Below are positions 55,052 through 63,246 of a DNA stretch of 64,000 nt, piece after piece. Positions within the stretch are counted from its first letter, which is position 1. Each line of letters starts with the position of its first letter. The notes below the pieces were generated by a model. That model was not told the origin of the DNA, ran no database searches, and was given only the letters and a program-made list of their open reading frames with translations. Source of the stretch: an uncultured Actinomycetes bacterium (GTDB lineage Bacteria > Actinomycetota > Thermoleophilia > Solirubrobacterales > Solirubrobacteraceae). The stretch is taken from assembly GCA_963817035.1 (NCBI GenBank), contig CAWFMM010000003.1:759910-823909 (forward strand), read 5' to 3'. The translations under genes were made by a program, and so were the position numbers.

Positions 55052-56134
55052 CTACACGGCGGCGGCTACCGCGCCCACGACTTCCTCGACCTGCTCGCGC
55101 GTGATCGCGGCGCTGATCGGCAGGGCGAAGTGGGTCCGCGCGACCTCGGCGGTGCCCGGCAGGTCGACGGTCGGCTGGTAGGCGGACATCGACTGCTGGC
55201 GGTGGATCGGTACGCGGTAGTAGGCACGCGACTGGATGCCGGCCGCGCTGAGCGCGTCGATGATCGCGTCGGCCTTCGGGTGGCGCACGACGTAGAGATG
55301 CCACGCCGGCCGCGAACCCTCGGTCGCCACCGGCAGCGCGACGTGATCGCCCAAGCCGCAGTCCGCGTACCACTCCCCGGCCGCGCGGCGATGGTCGGCC
55401 CACGCGTCGAGATGCGGCAACTGCACCCGCAGGATCGCCGCCTGGATCTCGTCGAGGCGGCTGTTGTAGCCGATCTCCTTGTACGTGACCTTGTCGTGGG
55501 AGCCGTGGAACCGCAGCACGCGCACGCGCTCGGCCAGCGAGCGGTTCTCGGTGACGATCGCGCCGCCGTCGCCGAACGCGCCGAGGTTCTTGGACGGGTA
55601 GAACGAGAACGTCGAGATCCGCCCGACGGTCCCCGGCCGCCCGTGGGAGCTCAGCGTGCCGGCAGCCTGCGCGGTGTCCTCGAGCACCGAGACGCCCATC
55701 GCCTCGATCTCGGTCACCGGCGCGACGTTGCCGAACAGATGGACCGCGATCACCGCCTTCGTCCTCGGCGTCAGGGCCGCGCGCACCGTCTCGGGCGTGA
55801 CCATCATCGTCTGCGGATCGACGTCGCAGAACACCGGGCGCGCGCCGGTCGGCGGGATCGCCTCGGCGCTGGCGTAGAACGAGAACGACGGGACGACGAC
55901 ATCGTCGCCCGGCCCGACGCCGAGCGCGCGCAGGGCAATCGTGATCGCCTCGGTGCCGTTGGCCACGCCCATCACCTCACGCGCGCCGAGGTAGCGGGCG
56001 AACTCCGACTCGAACGCCGCGACCTCCTCGCCGAGGATGTACTGCTCGCGATCGAGGACCCGGCCGACGGCCGCGCGCAGCTCGTCGCGCAGCGGGTGCA
56101 GCGGTGTCGCGGGATCGAACAGTGGGACGGCCAT
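55052..56134 (-). CDS. DegT/DnrJ/EryC1/StrS-family PLP-dependent sugar aminotransferase
   Basis: ORF 55052..56353 trimmed to M74 (MAVPLFDPATPLHPLRDEL). Also VANGTEAITIAL, FSFYPSKNLGAFGDGGAI and GYNSRLDEIQAAIL. Confidence 0.9.
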   Translation of the reverse strand: MAVPLFDPATPLHPLRDELRAAVGRVLDREQYILGEEVAAFESEFARYLGAREVMGVANGTEAITIALRALGVGPGDDVVVPSFSFYASAEAIPPTGARPVFCDVDPQTMMVTPETVRAALTPRTKAVIAVHLFGNVAPVTEIEAMGVSVLEDTAQAAGTLSSHGRPGTVGRISTFSFYPSKNLGAFGDGGAIVTENRSLAERVRVLRFHGSHDKVTYKEIGYNSRLDEIQAAILRVQLPHLDAWADHRRAAGEWYADCGLGDHVALPVATEGSRPAWHLYVVRHPKADAIIDALSAAGIQSRAYYRVPIHRQQSMSAYQPTVDLPGTAEVARTHFALPISAAITREQVEEVVGAVAAAV

Positions 56135-56831
56135 GGCGAGAGCAACGCTACCCTTCGACGGCTCCGTGCCGATCGACGCCTCCATCACCGACTCCCTGAT
56201 CACGTTCGCGACGAACGTGATCGACCATCTCGGCCTGCCCGGCGTCGTGCTGCTCTGCGCCCTGGATTCGATGGGCGTCCCGATCGCCGCCGCGGTGATC
56301 CTGCTGTTCGCCGGGTTCAACATCTCCGACCCCCAGTCGCACCATGACTTCACCCTGTTCGGGGTCGTCGCGGCCGGCGTGATCGGCGACGTGATCGGCT
56401 CCTCGATCGCCTATGCGATCGGCTATTTCGGGCGCAGCGAGCTGCTCGAGAAGCACGGGCGCAAGCTCCACGTGACGCCGGAACGGCTGGCGCTCGTCGA
56501 GCGCTGGTTCGATCGCTACGGCCTGATCGTGATCCCGGTCAGCCGCTTCATCCCCGTTGTGCGGACGTTCATCGCCTACCCGGCGGGCGCGGCGCGGATG
56601 CCCTACGGACGGTTCATCGCGCTGACCGCGCTCGGCGCCTTCGCGCTGTCGCTGCTGTTCGCCTCGATCGGCAAGGCGGTGGGGACGAACTGGACGCACT
56701 GGCGCCATGCGATCGGCTACGTCGACTACGTGGTCGTGGTGGCCATCGTCATCGGCGTGATCTGGCTGATCGTGCGCCGCCGCCGGGGCGGCGGCGCTGA
56801 CGGCGAGCCGGCCGTCGATGCCGGCGTCTGA
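56133..56831 (+). CDS. DedA-family membrane protein
   Basis: ORF 56037..56831 trimmed to ATG 56133 (alternative GTG at 56166). LGLPGVVLLCALDSMGVPIAAAV, ERWFDRYGLIVIPVSRFIPVVRTFIAYPAG. Confidence 0.8.
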   Translation: MARATLPFDGSVPIDASITDSLITFATNVIDHLGLPGVVLLCALDSMGVPIAAAVILLFAGFNISDPQSHHDFTLFGVVAAGVIGDVIGSSIAYAIGYFGRSELLEKHGRKLHVTPERLALVERWFDRYGLIVIPVSRFIPVVRTFIAYPAGAARMPYGRFIALTALGAFALSLLFASIGKAVGTNWTHWRHAIGYVDYVVVVAIVIGVIWLIVRRRRGGGADGEPAVDAGV

Positions 56832-57633
56832 GCCCGAGCTCCCGCTGCGCCACGCGCTGGCCCTCGGCGCGCTTCACGGACCCGCGGAGCTGCTGCCGAT
56901 CTCCTCGAGCGGGCACACCGAGCTCATTCCGTGGTTGCTCGATTGGCCGTACGCGGAGCTGGACGACGAGCTGCGCAAGGCGTTCGAGGTGGCGCTGCAT
57001 GCCGGGACGGCGGCGGCGCTGCTGATCGGGCTGCGCGACGAGGTCGGCGAGGCGGCGCGGGGAATGGACCGCCGACGCATCATTCTCATCATGGGCTCGT
57101 TCGTGCCGCCGGCGATCGCGGGGCTGTCGCTCGAACGGGTGATCGAGGAGCGCCTCGGGACTCCGGGCTCGATCGCGTTCGGGCTGGCGGCGGGCGCGCT
57201 GGTGCTCCTGGTGGCGGACGCGTACGCGACCGGCGACCGTCCGCGCGAGGAGGCCGGCGTCGTCGACGCGCTCGTCCTCGGCGCCGCGCAGGTGCTGGCG
57301 CTGGCGCCCGGGATGTCGCGTAACGGGATGACGCTCGCCGCCGCGCGCTGGCGAGGGTTCGGTCGCCGCGACGCCAACGCACTGTCGCGCCACGTCGCGC
57401 TGCCGGTGATCGTCGGCGCGACGGTACTGAAGGGGACACGGCTGGCGCGCCGCGGTCTGACGCCGCCGCTGCGCCGGGCGTTCGCCGCGGGCGCGTGCGC
57501 ATCGTTCGTCTCGACGCTGGCCAGCACCTGGATCATCCGCGCGCTCGAGCGCGGGCGGCCGCCGTTGCCTTACGTGGTCTATCGGCTCGGCTTCGCGGCG
57601 GTGGTGTTCCGCGCGCTGCGGGCGCGGCGGTAG
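56818..57633 (+). CDS. uppP: undecaprenyl-diphosphate phosphatase (UppP/BacA)
   Basis: 271 aa with LLPISSSGHTEL, AQVLALAPGMSRNGMTL and 8 TM segments. 14-nt overlap with the DedA end. Confidence 0.9.
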   Translation: MPASEPELPLRHALALGALHGPAELLPISSSGHTELIPWLLDWPYAELDDELRKAFEVALHAGTAAALLIGLRDEVGEAARGMDRRRIILIMGSFVPPAIAGLSLERVIEERLGTPGSIAFGLAAGALVLLVADAYATGDRPREEAGVVDALVLGAAQVLALAPGMSRNGMTLAAARWRGFGRRDANALSRHVALPVIVGATVLKGTRLARRGLTPPLRRAFAAGACASFVSTLASTWIIRALERGRPPLPYVVYRLGFAAVVFRALRARR

Positions 57634-57692
57634 CGCGCACAACGCAGCGTGTCAGCCGTCCGGCGAGGCGTCAAACCGGGCGCCCTCCTCGG

Positions 57693-58355
57693 TCAGGGCG
57701 CCAGGCGCTCGACGAGCCATCCCGCACCGCCACGGCGGAACCGCAGCCGGTCGTGTAGGCGACTCGCGCGCCCGCACCAGAACTCGACCGCATCGGGCTC
57801 GACGCGGAGACCACCCCAGTGCGGCGGTCGCGGGACCGCCACGCCCTCGTGGTAGCGCACCGCCACTGCCGCCAGCGCGTCGTCCAGCACCGCGCGCCCC
57901 GCGACGACCGTCGACTGCGGGCTCGCCCACGCGCCGAGCTGGGCGCCACGCGGGCGTGACGCGAAGTAGGCGTCCGCCTCCTCGTCGCTGACCACGCCCA
58001 CGGCGCCCTCGACGATCACCTGGCGGCGCATCGCGATCCACGGAAACACGAGAGTGGCGCGCGGGTTGGCCAGCGCCTCGCTGCCCTTGCGCGACTCGAG
58101 GTTCGTGTAGATGACCAAGCCGCGCTCGTCGACCCCCTTGAGCAGGACGGTGCGCGCGCTCGGGCGCCCGGTCGCGGTCGCGGTGGTCAGGATCGTCGCG
58201 TTGGCCTCGGGAATCCCGGCGGCGACCGCCTCGTCGAACCAGCGCTGAAACTGCGCCAGCCACGTCGCGGCGAGATCGGCCTCGTCGAGGCCCTCACCAC
58301 GGTAGGCACGCCGCATCCCGGGGAGATCGGTCACACGGCGCAACATAGTCGTCAC
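57693..58355 (-). CDS. pdxH: pyridoxamine 5'-phosphate oxidase
   Basis: 220 aa with GRPSARTVLLKGVDERGLVIYTNLESRKG, FWCGRASRLHDRLRF and a C-terminal ERLAP. Confidence 0.9.
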   Translation of the reverse strand: MTTMLRRVTDLPGMRRAYRGEGLDEADLAATWLAQFQRWFDEAVAAGIPEANATILTTATATGRPSARTVLLKGVDERGLVIYTNLESRKGSEALANPRATLVFPWIAMRRQVIVEGAVGVVSDEEADAYFASRPRGAQLGAWASPQSTVVAGRAVLDDALAAVAVRYHEGVAVPRPPHWGGLRVEPDAVEFWCGRASRLHDRLRFRRGGAGWLVERLAP

Positions 58356-58393
58356 GGGGTCCGTCGCGAACGTCGCGGGATGCGCGCTGATCG

Positions 58394-59089
58394 TTACGAG
58401 AGACGAACGAAGCCCGTGGCGCCGTTGCCGTCGGATCCGTAGGCGTGGCGCGTGACGGCGTTGCCGGAGTTGCCCTCGATCGTGTGGATCGAGCCGTCGG
58501 CATCGACCGAATCGACGATCCCGATGTGCTCCGAGCCCCAGACGATCAGGTCGCCGGCGGCGGGCACGACGCCCGGCCCGGCCGCTACCGCGCGGCCCGT
58601 GCGTTGCGCCCAGTCATACAGCGCGGAGACCGATTGGAAGCCCTGGCCCTGTTCTCCGACCGGCTCGCCGGCCTGCTTGGCCGCCCAGCTGACGAACTGC
58701 GCGCACCACGGGCCGATGCCGGCGCCCGACACCGCGCCGCGATAGGCCGCGATCTCGGCGGAGTCGTTGGATCCGGGCGGCTGCTCGGTGACGCCCACCT
58801 GGCTCGCCGCGGCCGCGACGATCGCCGCGCCGCCGGTCTGGGCGGGCGTGGTCGCGACCGCTGCGGCCGGGAGAAGCAGCGAGCGGGTCGTGCTCGTCGT
58901 CACCGGGTTGGCGACCGTCGACGTGGCCGTCGGCAGCGCCGCGGTGCTCGAAGCCTGGGACTCGTTGCTCAGCACGTCGGCGAACGCGCCGCCGGTCGAC
59001 GTCGCGGTGGACGTGCTCTGCTTGGGGGGGGTCGGGGCCAGCATCGTCTCGATCTGAGCGATGCGGGCAACGGCGGCGTCGATGCTCAC
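58394..59089 (-). CDS. CHAP-domain peptidoglycan hydrolase without a recognisable Sec signal
   Basis: ORF 58394..59245. The first 50 codons coincide with the fliC terminator and a long inverted repeat, so the start is placed at GTG 59089 (VSIDAAVARIAQIETML); ATG 59044 is also possible. CHAP Cys context: GIGPWCAQFVSW, then EHIGIV. Confidence 0.7.
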   Translation of the reverse strand: MSIDAAVARIAQIETMLAPTPPKQSTSTATSTGGAFADVLSNESQASSTAALPTATSTVANPVTTSTTRSLLLPAAAVATTPAQTGGAAIVAAAASQVGVTEQPPGSNDSAEIAAYRGAVSGAGIGPWCAQFVSWAAKQAGEPVGEQGQGFQSVSALYDWAQRTGRAVAAGPGVVPAAGDLIVWGSEHIGIVDSVDADGSIHTIEGNSGNAVTRHAYGSDGNGATGFVRLS

Positions 59090-59210
59090 ACCAAGGTGGT
59101 CGGCGGTCGTGAACCGCCCTTTAACCTGGATCCACCGATCGACCGTGAGTGCGAGGACGTTCTGAGGCGTCCACGCGCCGCGGGAATCGGTGGATCCGGG
59201 TTTAACGCCA

Positions 59211-59234
59211 ACGAGGGGCCCGCGGGCCCCTCGT
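59211..59234 (-). terminator. GC-rich hairpin about 60 nt downstream of fliC (putative intrinsic terminator)
   Basis: On the minus strand: ACGAGGGGCC-CGCG-GGCCCCTCGT followed by TGGCGTTAAA, a weak U-tract. Confidence 0.55.
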
Positions 59235-59293
59235 CGACGATCCATCCCCCGGAGGCGTCATGCCCCTGGAGCGTTGGTGCGTGTTGCTCGTGA

Positions 59294-60094
59294 CTAGCGC
59301 AGCAGCGACAGGACCGACTGCGGCGCCTGGTTGGCCTGCGACAACATCGCGATGCCCGCCTGAGACAGGATCTGGTTGTTGGTCAGCTTGACCGTCTCCG
59401 ACGCCATGTCCACATCGACGATGCGGGAGTTGGCGGCGGTCAGGTTCTGCTGGTAGGTCGCCGCGGCGTTCAGCGCGTGATCGAGGCGGCCGGAGACCGC
59501 ACCGAACGTTGCGCGCTGGGCGCTGATCGCGTCGATCGCCGTGTCGATGCTCGAGATCACGGTCGCGGAACCGAGCGACGTGAACGCGGTGCCGACGGTG
59601 GAGCCCAGCGAGATCGTGCTCGCCGAGATCGTCTCGCCGTCGTTGGCGCCGACCTGGAAGGTCACCGAACCGGCGGTCGCCAGCAGCTTGATGCCGTTGA
59701 ACGAAGCGGCGGAACCGAGGCGCTCGATCTCCGACGCGAGCTGGTTGACCTCGGTCTGGATCGCCGACTGATCGGTTGTGTCGAGCGTGCCGTTCTTGTA
59801 CTGCACGGCGAGCTCACGGACGCGCTGCAGCATCGAGTGCACCTCGTCGAGGTTGCCCTCGGCGGTCTGCACCAGCGACTGGCCGTCCTGGATGTTGGCC
59901 TGAGCCTGCGCGAGGCCGCTGATCTGACCCTGCATCTTCTCCGAGATGGTCAGGCCGGCAGCGTCGTCGGCGGCCGAGTTGATGCGCTTGCCGGTTGACA
60001 GACGCTCCATCGACTTCGACAGCGCGCTCGTCGTGCGAGCGAGGTTGTTGGCGGCGCCCATGGCGTCGACGTTCGTGTTGATGCGAAGGGACAT
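59294..60094 (-). CDS. fliC: flagellin (short form, D0/D1 domains only)
   Basis: The last 266 aa of the 781-aa track ORF: MSLRINTNVDAMGAANNLARTTSALSKSMERLSTGKRINSAADDAAGLTISEKM...LTNNQILSQAGIAMLSQANQAPQSVLSLLR. AGGAG lies 8 nt upstream of the ATG. Confidence 0.95.
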   Translation of the reverse strand: MSLRINTNVDAMGAANNLARTTSALSKSMERLSTGKRINSAADDAAGLTISEKMQGQISGLAQAQANIQDGQSLVQTAEGNLDEVHSMLQRVRELAVQYKNGTLDTTDQSAIQTEVNQLASEIERLGSAASFNGIKLLATAGSVTFQVGANDGETISASTISLGSTVGTAFTSLGSATVISSIDTAIDAISAQRATFGAVSGRLDHALNAAATYQQNLTAANSRIVDVDMASETVKLTNNQILSQAGIAMLSQANQAPQSVLSLLR

Positions 60095-60159
60095 CGATTC
60101 ATCTCCTTGATGACGGTGTGTAGTCCCGGAGCGACTCCTTGTCACTCCTACTGCTCCCA

Positions 60160-60187
60160 TGATCGGCGGGCGGCCCCCGGGGCTTGA
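60160..60187 (-). promoter_or_regulatory. sigma-28 (FliA)-like promoter upstream of fliC
   Basis: The minus strand reads TCAA-N16-GCCGATCA, compared with the enteric/Bacillus consensus TAAA-N15-GCCGATAA. It lies about 65 nt upstream of the fliC ATG. Confidence 0.45.
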
Positions 60188-60226
60188 ACCGCTGTCCACA
60201 TAATCTGGACGCTTGATCTTGACGCC

Positions 60227-61492
60227 ATGAGTAGGATCGCGCCGATGCACGACTGTGATGTCCTCATCGTGGGTTGTGGGATCGGAGGCGGCTCGCTCGC
60301 GACCACGCTCGCACGCGCCGGCCTGCGCGTCGTGGTCCTCGAGGCCAGGAACGAGTACGTCGATCGCGTTCGCGGTGAGTCCCTCCTCCCGTGGGGCGTG
60401 GCCGAAGCGCGGTCGATCGGCGTCGAATCCGACCTGCTGGCCGCCGGCGCGCACGTCTGCTCGTCGATGGTCTTCTACGCGCACGGCGTTCCGCCCGAGC
60501 TCGCCGAGCAGAACCCCCGCCCGCTTCGCGGGGTGATCCCGGGGATTCCCGGCTCGCTGAACCTCCCGCACGCCGAGGCGTGCGCGGCGCTGGCCTCGGC
60601 CGCCGCCGGTGCCGGCGCGGACCTGCGGCGCGGCGTTCGCGAGGTGCGCGTCGAGAGCGGGCCCCGGCCGCGCGTGCGCTGGGTGCAGGACGGCAACCCG
60701 ATCGAGATGGAGGCGCGGATCGTCGTCGGCGCGGACGGGCGCAACTCGGTCGTCAGGCGCGACGCTGGGATCGAGCTGCACCAGCGGCCGGAGACGCACA
60801 TGATCGCCGGCGTCCTCGTCGGAGGGCTGGACGGCGACGTCGCCAAGGCGGACATCATCGCCGCTGGCCTCGAGATGATCATGATCGGCTTTTCGCAGTC
60901 GGACGGCCGGATGCGGCTCTACCTCGGTCTCGGCGTCCACGATCGCCGCCGATTCGCCGGGGACGGCGGGTTCGACAAGTTCCGGCGCGTTATCCGCAGC
61001 CTTGACTTCATGCGCTTCCACGAGGAGCTCGCCGAAGCGCCCGCCGTCGGGCCGTTGGCCACGATGGCGGGCCTCGACACCTGGACAGACGAGCCCTTCG
61101 CGCCCGGTGTGGTGCTCGTCGGCGACGCTGCGGGTTACTGCTCGCCGATCACCGGCCAGGGCCTCTCGACCACGATGCGGGACGCCAGGACCGTGCGCGA
61201 CGTGCTCGTCGGCAACGACTGGACGACGTCGGCGTTCGCCGAGTACGCGGCCGAGCGAGCCGAGCGGATGCGGCGCCTGCGCACAGGCACGGCGACGTTC
61301 GCGGCCGCCTTCGCGGACGAGTGCGACGACCGCGAGGCGCGTCTCCAGCGTTACTTCGGCAGTCTCGCGGATCCCCTCGTCGGCGCGTTCGCAGCGTCGA
61401 CGTTCATCGGGCCCGAGACGGCTCCGGAGCACGCGTTCGACGGGCGGATCTACGACGTCGTCGTCGGGCGTCAAACCGTTGCCGGTCCCTAG
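60227..61492 (+). CDS. FAD-dependent oxidoreductase/monooxygenase (UbiH / geranylgeranyl-reductase-like)
   Basis: 421 aa with a DVLIVGCGIGGGSLATTLARAG dinucleotide fold, IVVGADGRNSVVRR and LVGDAAGYCSPITGQGLS. ATG 60245 is an alternative start. Confidence 0.85.
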   Translation: MSRIAPMHDCDVLIVGCGIGGGSLATTLARAGLRVVVLEARNEYVDRVRGESLLPWGVAEARSIGVESDLLAAGAHVCSSMVFYAHGVPPELAEQNPRPLRGVIPGIPGSLNLPHAEACAALASAAAGAGADLRRGVREVRVESGPRPRVRWVQDGNPIEMEARIVVGADGRNSVVRRDAGIELHQRPETHMIAGVLVGGLDGDVAKADIIAAGLEMIMIGFSQSDGRMRLYLGLGVHDRRRFAGDGGFDKFRRVIRSLDFMRFHEELAEAPAVGPLATMAGLDTWTDEPFAPGVVLVGDAAGYCSPITGQGLSTTMRDARTVRDVLVGNDWTTSAFAEYAAERAERMRRLRTGTATFAAAFADECDDREARLQRYFGSLADPLVGAFAASTFIGPETAPEHAFDGRIYDVVVGRQTVAGP

Positions 61493-61529
61493 TCTAGGAG
61501 TGCGCTGGTAGGTGGTGCTGCGGATGTGA

Positions 61530-62693
61530 CTAGGCGGCGTTTCGTGCCTGGTGCAGCTCCTCGAAGCGCTGCTTGTCGCGCCGGATCTGACCCTTGATCC
61601 ACTCGCGCAGCTGCGGATCGTCGCTGTCGACGGTCTCACTCAGGCCGTGACGGATGCGCGATTGCTCGACGCACACCGGCGGCCGGCCGGCCGCGCGCAG
61701 GCGCTCGAGCAGGTCTGTGTCCTGGAACCAGACGACGAGCTCGGGGTGCAGGAACTCGCCTGGGACGATCGAGAACTCGTTGATCGTCGCGCGGCCGATC
61801 GCGAAGCACCAGGCGGCGAAGTCGCGGCGCATCTGGCCGTCGACGGTCAGCGGAAACGCGACCGCCTCGCCCCCGTCGAGCGCCGCGCGCAGCGGCCCCC
61901 ACCAGCCGGCGAGCGGTTCGACGTCGTCGTTCATGACGACCGCGTAGGCGCCGCGGGCCGCGCGCAGCCCGGCGTTGACCGGCGCGCTGAAGCCCTGCGG
62001 CGGCGCGCCGTTGTCGATCACGAGGATCTCGTGGGCGCACTCGGTTGTCGCCTGGACGGCGGCGACGCAGCGGCGCACACGGTCGGATGCCGCGTCGAGG
62101 GTCGGGATGACGATGCTCAGCTCGATCGGCTCGCCGGGGAAGCGGCGGGCGCCGCCGCTGAGGGTGCCGGGCGCATTGACAACACTCGTATCGACGCATC
62201 GCACCTCGCCGAGACGCGCCAGCGCGGTACACAGCGCGGCGATCTCGAGGCCGGCGGGCGCGGCGGGGACGCCGCCGATCGTCACGAGGTCGGTGCGGCG
62301 CAAAGCGACGGCATGGGCGGCGACCGCGGGAGCGCCGAGCGCCTGGGCGGTGACGCTCGCGGCCAGGGCGACGTCCGGATTCTCCAGCGCTCCGACGAGG
62401 CCGCCGAGCCAGTCGCCGCACGGCTCGGCCGCGCCGCGGACGAAGGCGATGACCTCGCCCCGAGCGTGCTCGAGCCCCGCGGCGGCGGCGGCGGAGAACC
62501 CGAGTCGGCGCGGCGTGCGGACGATCTCGACGTCGCCGTCGAGACGCGCGAGCAGCGCGGCGAGCCCGACGCTCGCGTCGTCGACGACCACGACCTCGAA
62601 CGATGGCAGCGCGGGCAGCGCGGCGAGCCCCGCGAGGCAGCGCAGAACCTGCTCGGCGCCGCCCTGCACAGGCGCCACGACGGTGACGCTCAT
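61530..62693 (-). CDS. protein with two tandem GT2-like (GT-A) glycosyltransferase domains
   Basis: 387 aa. Domain 1: VTVVAPVQGG..FEVVVVDDASVG. Domain 2: LSIVIPTLDAASD..ILVIDNGAPP..VVMNDDVEP. Confidence 0.8.
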   Translation of the reverse strand: MSVTVVAPVQGGAEQVLRCLAGLAALPALPSFEVVVVDDASVGLAALLARLDGDVEIVRTPRRLGFSAAAAAGLEHARGEVIAFVRGAAEPCGDWLGGLVGALENPDVALAASVTAQALGAPAVAAHAVALRRTDLVTIGGVPAAPAGLEIAALCTALARLGEVRCVDTSVVNAPGTLSGGARRFPGEPIELSIVIPTLDAASDRVRRCVAAVQATTECAHEILVIDNGAPPQGFSAPVNAGLRAARGAYAVVMNDDVEPLAGWWGPLRAALDGGEAVAFPLTVDGQMRRDFAAWCFAIGRATINEFSIVPGEFLHPELVVWFQDTDLLERLRAAGRPPVCVEQSRIRHGLSETVDSDDPQLREWIKGQIRRDKQRFEELHQARNAA

Positions 62694-62896
62694 GCCCGCA
62701 CGTCCACGTGGGGCAGACCGTCGTCGGGCAGCGCGGGCGCGGGCCGCGGCTGCGGCGCGCGGTCGCGCGGGGCCGGGCCCTCGCCGGGCGGGTGATCGCG
62801 GCGCGAGCCGTCGGGGTCGGTGCGCTCATCGCGGATGACGGCGGAGACCGGCTGCGCCATCCCCGAGGTTCCGTCGATGCGTTCGATGCGGTCCAT
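62690..62896 (-). CDS. small hypothetical protein (68 aa)
   Basis: MDRIERIDGTSGMAQPVSAVIRDERTDPDG.., with almost pure G/C at codon position 3. ATGA overlap with the tandem-GT2 start. Confidence 0.5.
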   Translation of the reverse strand: MDRIERIDGTSGMAQPVSAVIRDERTDPDGSRRDHPPGEGPAPRDRAPQPRPAPALPDDGLPHVDVRA

Positions 62897-62907
62897 GGCT
62901 CAGATGG

Positions 62908-63246
62908 CTACTGCTGAGTCGGGTTGTGGTCGGCCATCGCCTGCATCCGGGCCGCCTCGACCTGCGCGACGAGCAGCTGGCGCCACGCGGTGACCGCGCA
63001 CGCCCAGACCACGACGTAGCCGATCGCTCCGCCGAGGACCGCGCGCAGCGCCGACCAGTAGAACGGCACGCCCGAGTTCCACGACAGCCAGAAGGTCACG
63101 AGGAAGGCGACCAGCCCGCCCCAGCCCTTGAGCGTGCGGATCGAGCGCGCGGCGCGGGGGTGGCTCGCGACGCGTAGGACGTCGTCGGAGGCCGCGCCGG
63201 CCTTGCCCTTCTTGCCTGCGTCCTTGCCCTTCGTCTTGTCCGCCAT
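62908..63246 (-). CDS. small membrane protein (2 TM), Lys-rich N-terminus
   Basis: ORF 62908..63540 trimmed to M99 (MADKTKGKDAGKKGKAGAASDD..GWGGLVAFLVTFWLSW..GGAIGYVVVWACAVTAW). TGATG overlap with the PilZ gene stop. Confidence 0.65.
   Translation of the reverse strand: MADKTKGKDAGKKGKAGAASDDVLRVASHPRAARSIRTLKGWGGLVAFLVTFWLSWNSGVPFYWSALRAVLGGAIGYVVVWACAVTAWRQLLVAQVEAARMQAMADHNPTQQ

Noticed and set aside
59090-59210. c-di-AMP (ydaO-type) riboswitch upstream of the CHAP wall-hydrolase gene
   Set aside because: That riboswitch commonly precedes actinobacterial wall hydrolases. However, I could not find its conserved segments here (GGGGA..CCCA, GGGGUGAAUCC, CCGAACCCG..AGCUAACCUCGUAAGCG). I kept it only as an unclassified structured leader.
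59294-61639. 781-aa minus-strand ORF containing flagellin
   Set aside because: Flagellin starts at the internal ATG 60094, which has an AGGAG site. The upstream 515 codons are antisense to the FAD oxidoreductase and cross the fliC promoter region.
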